Assembly: GCA_000146045.2 (NCBI GenBank)
Contig: BK006934.2
Coordinates: 128,001-192,000, forward strand
Direction: 5' to 3'
Origin: TPA_inf: Saccharomyces
Taxonomy: Eukaryota
Length of the DNA stretch: 64,000 bases
Shown piece by piece: positions 56,066 to 64,000 of the stretch (the first letter of the stretch is position 1; every line of letters begins with the position of its first letter). A model generated the notes under the pieces. It saw nothing but the letters and a program-made list of their open reading frames with translations. It made no database searches and had not been told where the DNA came from. The translations under genes were made by a program, and so were the position numbers.

Positions 56066-56758
56066 ATGATTTTAACCACAGCTAGATTAAATTGTAGACC
56101 AGTCACCGTTCCTCGTCTATTTAATCGTTCTTTTAGTCAATCTTTCATAATTTTGAAGAAAAAAAGTTCTACCCCTACTGAGAAAGTCGAAGAAGATGAA
56201 ATTGACGTGAATGAACTGCTGAAAAAGGCAGAAACTCAATTCAAAAAAACTTTAGAAATTCAAAAACAGAAAATGAATGAGATAAAACAGGGAAATTTTA
56301 ATCCTAAGGTATTCAATAGTTTAGTGTTCAAAAATAACAGAAAGTTTACAGATATTGCTACCACATCCTTGAAAGGTAAAAATGCACTTTTAATAACAGT
56401 TTTCGACCCCAAAGATGTGAAAACTGTGATCAGTGGGGTGCTTGCTGCGAACCTGAATTTAACTCCTGAAAGGGTCCCAAATAACGATTTGCAATTGAAA
56501 GTTTCGTTACCACCACCAACTACAGAATCCCGGTTAAAAGTAGCTAAAGACTTAAAGAGAGTATTTGAAGAATATAAGCAGTCATCGCTAAAAGACTCAT
56601 TAGGAACTATCAGAGGCAGTATTCTAAAGGAATTCAAAAGTTTCAAAAAGGATGATGCCGTTCGAAAAGCTGAGAGGGATTTGGAAAAACTGCATAAGGA
56701 TTACGTGAACAAGCTTCATGACCAATTCCAGAAAGTTGAAAAAAGCATTGTAAAATGA
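56066..56758 (+). CDS. RRF1: Mitochondrial ribosome recycling factor (230 aa)
   Basis: RRF fold (…LKVSLPPPTTESRLKVAKDLK…). ATG at 56066. Confidence 0.85.
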   Translation: MILTTARLNCRPVTVPRLFNRSFSQSFIILKKKSSTPTEKVEEDEIDVNELLKKAETQFKKTLEIQKQKMNEIKQGNFNPKVFNSLVFKNNRKFTDIATTSLKGKNALLITVFDPKDVKTVISGVLAANLNLTPERVPNNDLQLKVSLPPPTTESRLKVAKDLKRVFEEYKQSSLKDSLGTIRGSILKEFKSFKKDDAVRKAERDLEKLHKDYVNKLHDQFQKVEKSIVK

Positions 56759-56874
56759 GGAATTTCGTAACGTGTATAGAATCAAAAAATCATAAATCTT
56801 GTACATAAAAAGTTCATTTTATATAATAATAAATACCAAATTATTGATAAGTTTGTTGCTTCCTCTAAAGTAAA

Positions 56875-58809
56875 CTAGCTGGCTTCTTTAGCTAAAGAGA
56901 ACAGTGACTTTATTCTTTGCCATGTGGAATTTGTATAAGCTCCTACGATGAAACTCTTTACAAAATTCCAAGCCTTAGCATTGTTACGAATAGGGTAGTC
57001 TAATGGTTTTGGAATTTGAGTGGAGACAAAAGGCAAAGTATCAAAACAGACACTTTTGGCATTGCACAAACCCAAAAGACCTTCTTCACCACCAAATTTA
57101 CCGTAACCTGAACCATTGATACCACCAAATGGTAATTGACAAACATAGAATGTAGCAAAATCATTAATGGCTACATTACCAGTTTGTAGGCTATTTGCGA
57201 CGTAATTGCATTCCTTGATATCCGCACCAAACACAGAACCACCTAGACCAAATGGCGCAGAGTTGGCTAGTTGTACACAATGGTCAGTATTCTTAGCTTT
57301 CATCATGACTAAAATTGGGCCAAACACTTCGTTTTGTGCTATTTTCATTTCTGGAGTGACATCCACCAAAAGAGTTGGTTGGAAATAATGACCTTGTGGA
57401 TACTTTGGATGTTTGAAGCGGGAACCACCTTGAAGTAAACGAGCTCCCTTTGCAACAGCATCTTTAACCAAAGCTTCTAGTTCATCGAATCTGTTGTCAG
57501 ATATCATTGCCCCCATATCAACATTTTCTAAATGATCAATATCAGACCCTTGGCGTAGTGGATTTGCAGTCATACGGTCATTCAAAATCTTGACTAAATC
57601 ATCATAATTTTCCTTACTGACAATAACCCTCTCAATACCAATACAATTTTGACCGGATGATTGGAAAGTACCCCTCATGATGATAGAAGATAAAGCATCT
57701 AAATTCTTAGCTGAGTCTAGGACAATAAACGCATCCTTACCACCAAGCTCCACAACTACGGGTGTCAATGATTTGGCAGCGCATTTTAGAATATAGTGCG
57801 CTACGGGCTGACTGCCAATAAAAGTGATATGTTTGAAACCAGGATGAGAGGTGAAATAATTTGCGGAATCATCATTTTCAGTTGGAGGTAAACAATAGCA
57901 CAACTGAACCAAATCTGGATCTTCATCACAAGCTTCCAAACATTTGCGGATCAGCTCGACGAAAAATTCCGAAGACCAGACAACTTGTTCTGAACATTTT
58001 ACTACAATGGCATTCCCTGTGAACAATGCTGCAATAATTGGACCCAATAAGTTATGGAATGGATAGTTCCAGGAAACGATAGAACTGATCACACCCAGTG
58101 GTTCATAACGGATTTCTGCACCTTTATACCACTTCATGAAAAAATTAGTGGGGCCCGGACGTCTCGAAGGTTGCAACGCTCTTTGGCCGTGCTTTATAGT
58201 CCATTGAATTTTTTCTAAAGTAACCAAGATTTCACCCATCGATGCGTCTAACATTGTCTTTCCTGAATCCCTGCACGCTACTCTCGCAATAAGATCTTGA
58301 TTATTTAGAATATAATCATGCAAAGAAGCCAAAACTCTCAATCTTCTTGAGAAATCAGAATTGCCCCAAGTAGATTGAGCTTTGCCTGCCTTAGAAACCA
58401 TTTCATCTATGTCAGCTTCCGTTTTCGATGGAAAAGAACCTAGATATTGACCTGTGGCGGGACAATGACATTGAATAAAGTTTGGTTCTTCAGGATTCCA
58501 TATGTTAGTGGAAACAGACCTCTTGCCCTTCCAATTATTTTGAGCGGCCTCTGGTGCAGGAAGGGAGAATTTGACTGGCTTATAGGACGAGGAACACTTT
58601 GCTGGGGTGGAGATTATCTTGACCAAAACATACAGAGTGAAAATTGAGGCAACTAGCGTTGTAATGCCTATCAGTTTTTGGTTATCTTGAATAATTTGGG
58701 GTTGAGAACGCATTATTGCGTTTTGCTTCTCCAACCATAAGTTAAAGTAAGCTTGAACTGTGGAGTTCAAATGGTTAATCATGTCTGAATTCAGATAGAC
58801 CTTGGACAT
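56875..58809 (-). CDS. MSC7: Aldehyde-dehydrogenase-family protein (644 aa from the ATG at 58809)
   Basis: The ORF-track extends 24 codons further; the ATG of MSKVYLNSDMINHL… is at 58809-58807. ALDH core with an N-terminal TM segment. Confidence 0.8.
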   Translation of the reverse strand: MSKVYLNSDMINHLNSTVQAYFNLWLEKQNAIMRSQPQIIQDNQKLIGITTLVASIFTLYVLVKIISTPAKCSSSYKPVKFSLPAPEAAQNNWKGKRSVSTNIWNPEEPNFIQCHCPATGQYLGSFPSKTEADIDEMVSKAGKAQSTWGNSDFSRRLRVLASLHDYILNNQDLIARVACRDSGKTMLDASMGEILVTLEKIQWTIKHGQRALQPSRRPGPTNFFMKWYKGAEIRYEPLGVISSIVSWNYPFHNLLGPIIAALFTGNAIVVKCSEQVVWSSEFFVELIRKCLEACDEDPDLVQLCYCLPPTENDDSANYFTSHPGFKHITFIGSQPVAHYILKCAAKSLTPVVVELGGKDAFIVLDSAKNLDALSSIIMRGTFQSSGQNCIGIERVIVSKENYDDLVKILNDRMTANPLRQGSDIDHLENVDMGAMISDNRFDELEALVKDAVAKGARLLQGGSRFKHPKYPQGHYFQPTLLVDVTPEMKIAQNEVFGPILVMMKAKNTDHCVQLANSAPFGLGGSVFGADIKECNYVANSLQTGNVAINDFATFYVCQLPFGGINGSGYGKFGGEEGLLGLCNAKSVCFDTLPFVSTQIPKPLDYPIRNNAKAWNFVKSFIVGAYTNSTWQRIKSLFSLAKEAS

Positions 58810-59029
58810 GATGAATAAACGTTCGATAAAACAGAGGAGAAACTGAACGTGAACTGTGAAAAGAATTCTACTATTCTGCAAATACTATTATAATTATATA
58901 GTAATCCCCATCGGCGTTTAGTATTTTTCGTTAATAAAATAAAAATAGAGAGACCATACTTTCTCCTTTACAACCGATATACTAAATAACACATTTTTGA
59001 TTATACTACTACTCGTTTAGCAGATAGAG

Positions 59030-59051
59030 AAAAAAAAAAAAAAAAAAAAAA
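59030..59051. repeat. 22-nt poly(dA:dT) tract in the MSC7 promoter / VMA10 3' region
   Basis: Seen directly. Typical nucleosome-excluding promoter element. Confidence 0.8.
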
Positions 59052-59172
59052 GGCTGAATGGATAAAGCGAGAGTCGTAAAGACCGAATGCAATGTCAGTT
59101 TATACATTTTTATTCTATTGGTATTATATTATAAAAAGATATATGATTAGAAAACTAGAATGTAATGCAATA

Positions 59173-59679
59173 TTACAAGGCATTGATATGGACTTCAGCA
59201 GAAGGCTTGATGACAGTCTCGATCAAAATTTTGACAACGTCATCCTTTTTCTTCTCTGCAATTTTCTTAATCTCAGCTAATTCACCTTGCACACCAGCCT
59301 CTGCTTTCTTTTCCAATTCACCAACACCACCGGCATTCTTTTGTTCAAACTCCTTCAATTCCTTGTCTTTTTGAATTTTGTATGAGTCGATTTCCTTGGC
59401 TGCATCAGTCTTGGCTTGCTTCAACTTATCTTGTCTGTACTTTCTAGCCTTTGATACTATTTCGTGGGCTTCCTTTTCAGCTTGTAGTAGGGTGGCAATT
59501 CCGTTTTTTTGGGACTAAAGAGAATATTACATAGTTCTGAGCAACAATGAAAAAACCAATACCTTTGTCACGAGGTACCAGTCCAACAAGAGAGCACAGT
59601 TTTAAAAAAGTTTTTCATGTTAGTAAGAACGCTTGTTAGAGACAGAAGTGTTGACACGTAATGTAATGGCACATACCAT
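59173..59679 (-). CDS. VMA10: V-ATPase V1 subunit G (114 aa), spliced: complement(join(59173..59514,59677..59679)); 3-nt first exon (ATG only), intron 59515..59676
   Basis: Minus strand ATG|GTATGT (the reverse complement of acatac cat at 59671-59679). Branchpoint TACTAAC is the reverse complement of gttagtaa (~59590), and the 3'SS is CTTTAG|TCCCAAAAAAACGGAATTGCC, giving MSQKNGIATLLQAEKEAHEIVSKARKYRQDKLKQAK…. The ORF-track 83-aa call is the exon-2 tail only. Confidence 0.85.
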
Positions 59680-59923
59680 TCTGCTTTGTATACCTTGCAC
59701 ACTTTGGAGATTGCAGGAAAAAAAAAAATGTATTGTTTAAGGTGTGATTGCTTTATCTATCACGCTCCCTTTTAGAGATGAAATTTTTGATACCCAAGGC
59801 AGGGTAACAAATTGAAAAAAAAAAAAATTCGCGGTAATAATAGTGGATGTCAAAGTTCATATTCGATGAGATGAGCTGGAATAGGAGTCCAGTTAATAGG
59901 GAAGGGTGTGGCAATTTGCAAGT

Positions 59924-61024
59924 ATGGCGGTGTTGTGTGGTGTATGCGGAATAAAAGAGTTCAAATACAAGTGTCCAAGATGTTTGGTGCAAACTTGCTC
60001 TTTGGAGTGTTCCAAGAAGCACAAGACAAGGGACAATTGCTCAGGTCAAACACATGATCCTAAGGAGTATATATCGAGTGAGGCGTTGAAACAGGCGGAC
60101 GACGACAAGCACGAACGAAATGCTTATGTCCAGAGGGACTACAACTATCTGACGCAGTTGAAGCGAATGGTGCATGTACAAAAGATGGATGCTAGAATGA
60201 AGAACAAGCGGGTTCTGGGGCCTGTGGGCGGCCACAACTCTAATTTCAAGAAGAGAAGATACGATATAGATGAGGATGATCGTGATAGCACGGAGTGTCA
60301 GAGGATAATTAGGAGGGGGGTGAACTGTTTGATGCTACCCAAGGGGATGCAGCGATCATCGCAAAACAGGAGCAAGTGGGACAAAACGATGGACCTATTT
60401 GTATGGAGCGTGGAGTGGATTCTATGTCCTATGCAGGAAAAGGGTGAGAAAAAGGAGCTTTTCAAACATGTCAGCCACCGTATCAAAGAGACAGACTTTT
60501 TGGTGCAAGGGATGGGCAAGAACGTTTTCCAAAAATGCTGTGAATTCTATCGCTTGGCTGGAACAAGCTCTTGCATAGAGGGCGAAGACGGTTCGGAGAC
60601 CAAAGAGGAAAGAACACAGATCCTACAGAAGAGTGGGCTCAAATTCTACACGAAAACGTTCCCTTACAACACCACGCATATAATGGATTCAAAAAAACTG
60701 GTGGAGTTGGCTATACATGAGAAATGCATCGGAGAATTGTTGAAGAACACCACAGTGATCGAGTTTCCCACGATATTCGTTGCCATGACAGAGGCTGACC
60801 TACCAGAGGGCTACGAGGTGCTACACCAGGAACCCCGCCCACTTGAGCATACGAGTACACTGAACAAGTTTATTGACAATGCAAGGGAGGAGGAAGACGC
60901 TGAAGAGGACTCTCAACCGACAGAAGAACCTGTACAGAAGGAAACACAGGACGCCAGCGACAGCGACAGCGACAGCGACGATGACTACAATCCGGGCTTA
61001 TCCATGGATTTCCTCACTGCATGA
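59924..61024 (+). CDS. BCD1: Box C/D snoRNP assembly factor with zf-HIT (366 aa from the ATG at 59924)
   Basis: The ORF-track start at 59906 is GTG; the ATG is at 59924 (MAVLCGVCGIKEFKYKCPRCLVQTCSLECSKKHK = zf-HIT). C-terminal (GACAGC)n encoding DSDSDSDDD. Confidence 0.85.
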   Translation: MAVLCGVCGIKEFKYKCPRCLVQTCSLECSKKHKTRDNCSGQTHDPKEYISSEALKQADDDKHERNAYVQRDYNYLTQLKRMVHVQKMDARMKNKRVLGPVGGHNSNFKKRRYDIDEDDRDSTECQRIIRRGVNCLMLPKGMQRSSQNRSKWDKTMDLFVWSVEWILCPMQEKGEKKELFKHVSHRIKETDFLVQGMGKNVFQKCCEFYRLAGTSSCIEGEDGSETKEERTQILQKSGLKFYTKTFPYNTTHIMDSKKLVELAIHEKCIGELLKNTTVIEFPTIFVAMTEADLPEGYEVLHQEPRPLEHTSTLNKFIDNAREEEDAEEDSQPTEEPVQKETQDASDSDSDSDDDYNPGLSMDFLTA

Positions 61025-61130
61025 GCCGAGATACATAAGGTTGAAGATTACTATTTAGACTATCTATCTATACGTATACACCGCAATATACAAACAGAAA
61101 AAAAAAAAAAGAAAAAGCATTCGTAAGAAC

Positions 61131-61864
61131 TCACAGCTCCAGAGCACGAACATACTGGTACGCCAAATCACATATTTCGTTGCTGGTGTCCGGCCCCAAC
61201 GAGTCGGATGAGGTTTTGTACTCCTTGGCCCGGATTTCAGCTAGGTGTCCTTCGATGCCTGCAATCTTGGTCTCAAACTCGCCCGCTTCGTCCGCCTGCA
61301 GTTCTATCAGGAGACCCTTGAACCCAGTGGAGGAGAAGAGGTTGACGAGTCGCACGGTGAGCCCGTCCAAGATCAACGTCTCACCGGCATCACCCTTGAT
61401 GAGCTGCCTCTGCATCCAGATGTTGGACAGCTTGGACGACAAAATAGTGTCTATGGACTCAGGAACGCCCGTAGATGAGCCATTGAACACCAGCGCCGGA
61501 GGGATATCCGCCGCTGCGGCAGTCGTCACCATCGCTGAGTTGTCCTTGATTAGCACGGTCTGCCGGCCATGGTGGTGGAACGTTATCGAGTACATGAGCT
61601 TGGAGACATCCGCGGGTAGGTTCTTGATAGAGCACCGGTACGTCCGAAAGTCTATCGACCAAGGGTCTCGCACGGACAGGATACTATTCGAGAGAGCATC
61701 CTTCAGTTCCGTTAGTGTAGCGGGAGTGGCTCTTTCCACGAATATAACGCTATATACATAAAAGAGAGAAAAAAAAAACTGTTGTTAGCAACAGGTAGTT
61801 CAATTGAAGAAATTCCGATGCGCCACGAAGGACGCTCCAGCTTTACATACGCTGATTTTCCCAT
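61131..61864 (-). CDS. SRB2: Mediator subunit Srb2/Med20 (210 aa), spliced: complement(join(61131..61749,61851..61864)); 14-nt first exon, 101-nt intron
   Basis: Minus strand ATGGGAAAATCAGC|GTATGT. Branchpoint-like TGCTAAC, and the 3'SS is TATATAG|CGTTATATTCGTGGAAAGAGCC, giving MGKSAVIFVERATPATLTELK…. The ORF-track call starts at a GTG inside exon 2. Confidence 0.85.
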
Positions 61865-62542
61865 GATGGATTGCTACTGTGCTTTCGAGCGCCGACTTAC
61901 AAGATTTGCTCTTCCAGTAAAATTTCACTTTGGGAATCACACCGCGAAACTGGCATACTAACGCATAAGAAAACACAAGAAGAGAAACAACGATAAAATC
62001 ACGCGGCGACATCTACAGTCCACCTGCCCCTTCCTTCGCTCAATTGCACTTTCCCATGCGCACTACCCATCTATATAGCTATGTATTCTATATCCACGCC
62101 TGCAAACGCACACTGTTCGTCCTCAGCCTCTATGCGTACGAGCCAGACCCTTGCTCCCAGTAGATAACGCACGCAAAACTCAAAAGATGGCACACCGGGG
62201 GAACAAAGGAGAGTAGAGTCTACCGAACGTCACCGCTGGTACCATGCAGCCATCACTACATACTAGCATCATACTACCACGATCACAGTTCACGACACAT
62301 CACGTGTGTGCTCGTTTAGCGGTCAACCCGCTATTGTTCTCCAGCCAGCTTTTATCGTTTTGCATTTTTTTTTCGGGCTGCTTTTCGTTCTTCGAGGACA
62401 AACGCACCTGTAAAGCTCAGCGCGAGGTTATATATATAGTATAATATGGTGAACAATGTAGCTTAAGTTTGCGTTCCTGTAGTGGTCACCGCTACGCTAG
62501 ACAACGACCGCGGTTTTCAAGTGATCTACTGTCGCACATATC

Positions 62543-64000
62543 ATGCCGTTTGGAATAGACAACACCGACTTCACTGTCCTGGCGGGGCTAGTGCTTGCCG
62601 TGCTACTGTACGTAAAGAGAAACTCCATCAAGGAACTGCTGATGTCCGATGACGGAGATATCACAGCTGTCAGCTCGGGCAACAGAGACATTGCTCAGGT
62701 GGTGACCGAAAACAACAAGAACTACTTGGTGTTGTATGCGTCGCAGACTGGGACTGCCGAGGATTACGCCAAAAAGTTTTCCAAGGAGCTGGTGGCCAAG
62801 TTCAACCTAAACGTGATGTGCGCAGATGTTGAGAACTACGACTTTGAGTCGCTAAACGATGTGCCCGTCATAGTCTCGATTTTTATCTCTACATATGGTG
62901 AAGGAGACTTCCCCGACGGGGCGGTCAACTTTGAAGACTTTATTTGTAATGCGGAAGCGGGTGCACTATCGAACCTGAGGTATAATATGTTTGGTCTGGG
63001 AAATTCTACTTATGAATTCTTTAATGGTGCCGCCAAGAAGGCCGAGAAGCATCTCTCCGCCGCGGGCGCTATCAGACTAGGCAAGCTCGGTGAAGCTGAT
63101 GATGGTGCAGGAACTACAGACGAAGATTACATGGCCTGGAAGGACTCCATCCTGGAGGTTTTGAAAGACGAACTGCATTTGGACGAACAGGAAGCCAAGT
63201 TCACCTCTCAATTCCAGTACACTGTGTTGAACGAAATCACTGACTCCATGTCGCTTGGTGAACCCTCTGCTCACTATTTGCCCTCGCATCAGTTGAACCG
63301 CAACGCAGACGGCATCCAATTGGGTCCCTTCGATTTGTCTCAACCGTATATTGCACCCATCGTGAAATCTCGCGAACTGTTCTCTTCCAATGACCGTAAT
63401 TGCATCCACTCTGAATTTGACTTGTCCGGCTCTAACATCAAGTACTCCACTGGTGACCATCTTGCTGTTTGGCCTTCCAACCCATTGGAAAAGGTCGAAC
63501 AGTTCTTATCCATATTCAACCTGGACCCTGAAACCATTTTTGACTTGAAGCCCCTGGATCCCACCGTCAAAGTGCCCTTCCCAACGCCAACTACTATTGG
63601 CGCTGCTATTAAACACTATTTGGAAATTACAGGACCTGTCTCCAGACAATTGTTTTCATCTTTGATTCAGTTCGCCCCCAACGCTGACGTCAAGGAAAAA
63701 TTGACTCTGCTTTCGAAAGACAAGGACCAATTCGCCGTCGAGATAACCTCCAAATATTTCAACATCGCAGATGCTCTGAAATATTTGTCTGATGGCGCCA
63801 AATGGGACACCGTACCCATGCAATTCTTGGTCGAATCAGTTCCCCAAATGACTCCTCGTTACTACTCTATCTCTTCCTCTTCTCTGTCTGAAAAGCAAAC
63901 CGTCCATGTCACCTCCATTGTGGAAAACTTTCCTAACCCAGAATTGCCTGATGCTCCTCCAGTTGTTGGTGTTACGACTAACTTGTTAAGAAACATTCAA
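62543..64000 (+). CDS. NCP1: NADPH-cytochrome P450 reductase, 3'-truncated by the window edge (first 486 codons)
   Basis: ATG at 62543: MPFGIDNTDFTVLAGLVLAVLLY (membrane anchor), FMN-binding flavodoxin domain (LVLYASQTGTAEDYAK…), FAD domain begins. Frame open to nt 64000. Not in the ORF track because no stop falls inside the window. Confidence 0.9.
   Translation, partial: MPFGIDNTDFTVLAGLVLAVLLYVKRNSIKELLMSDDGDITAVSSGNRDIAQVVTENNKNYLVLYASQTGTAEDYAKKFSKELVAKFNLNVMCADVENYDFESLNDVPVIVSIFISTYGEGDFPDGAVNFEDFICNAEAGALSNLRYNMFGLGNSTYEFFNGAAKKAEKHLSAAGAIRLGKLGEADDGAGTTDEDYMAWKDSILEVLKDELHLDEQEAKFTSQFQYTVLNEITDSMSLGEPSAHYLPSHQLNRNADGIQLGPFDLSQPYIAPIVKSRELFSSNDRNCIHSEFDLSGSNIKYSTGDHLAVWPSNPLEKVEQFLSIFNLDPETIFDLKPLDPTVKVPFPTPTTIGAAIKHYLEITGPVSRQLFSSLIQFAPNADVKEKLTLLSKDKDQFAVEITSKYFNIADALKYLSDGAKWDTVPMQFLVESVPQMTPRYYSISSSSLSEKQTVHVTSIVENFPNPELPDAPPVVGVTTNLLRNIQ

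Overview
This 64-kb window is nuclear DNA from a budding yeast and matches, gene for gene and in order and orientation, the right arm of Saccharomyces cerevisiae chromosome VIII (S288C-like) from DIA4/YHR011W (5'-truncated at the left edge) to NCP1/YHR042W (3'-truncated at the right edge). I identified the genes from their translated products (by recall, no database search), and it is a fully explained, densely packed region. It holds about 33 protein-coding genes: DIA4, VPS29, ARD1, SPO13, MIP6, YSC84, YSC83, ARG4, DED81, YHR020W (ProRS), RPS27B, ECM12, YHR022C, MYO1, MAS2, THR1, VMA16, RPN1, DAP2, YHI9, SLT2, RRM3, ERC1, YHR033W, PIH1, NEL1, BRL1, PUT2, RRF1, MSC7, VMA10, BCD1, SRB2 and NCP1. 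There are three tRNA genes, Ser-AGA, Gln-UUG and Ala-AGC. Two tRNA-associated Ty LTR clusters are present: a mosaic of Ty1/Ty2 delta fragments, and a Ty3 sigma with a perfect 5-bp target-site duplication 16 bp upstream of tRNA-Ala. Five genes are spliced (VPS29, YSC84, RPS27B, VMA10, SRB2); two of them (RPS27B, VMA10) have 3-nt 'ATG-only' first exons, and the six-frame ORF track mis-calls the starts of all five. Several ORF-track starts are non-ATG (TTG/GTG) read-throughs, which I corrected to the internal ATG for YSC83, RPN1, ERC1, YHR033W, NEL1, BRL1, MSC7 and BCD1. I see no evidence for a novel or undescribed system, because every long ORF and every structured element is accounted for. The points worth a second look are the S288C-type A7-tract frameshift truncating ERC1, a GC3-rich compositional domain (45-50 kb and 60-64 kb) with atypical codon usage in YHR033W/ERC1/PIH1/SRB2, the LTR/tRNA insertion hotspots, micro-exons, and classic promoter elements (URS1 at SPO13, Gcn4 site plus poly-dT at the ARG4 hotspot promoter, Rap1 sites at RPS27B, Put3 site at PUT2).
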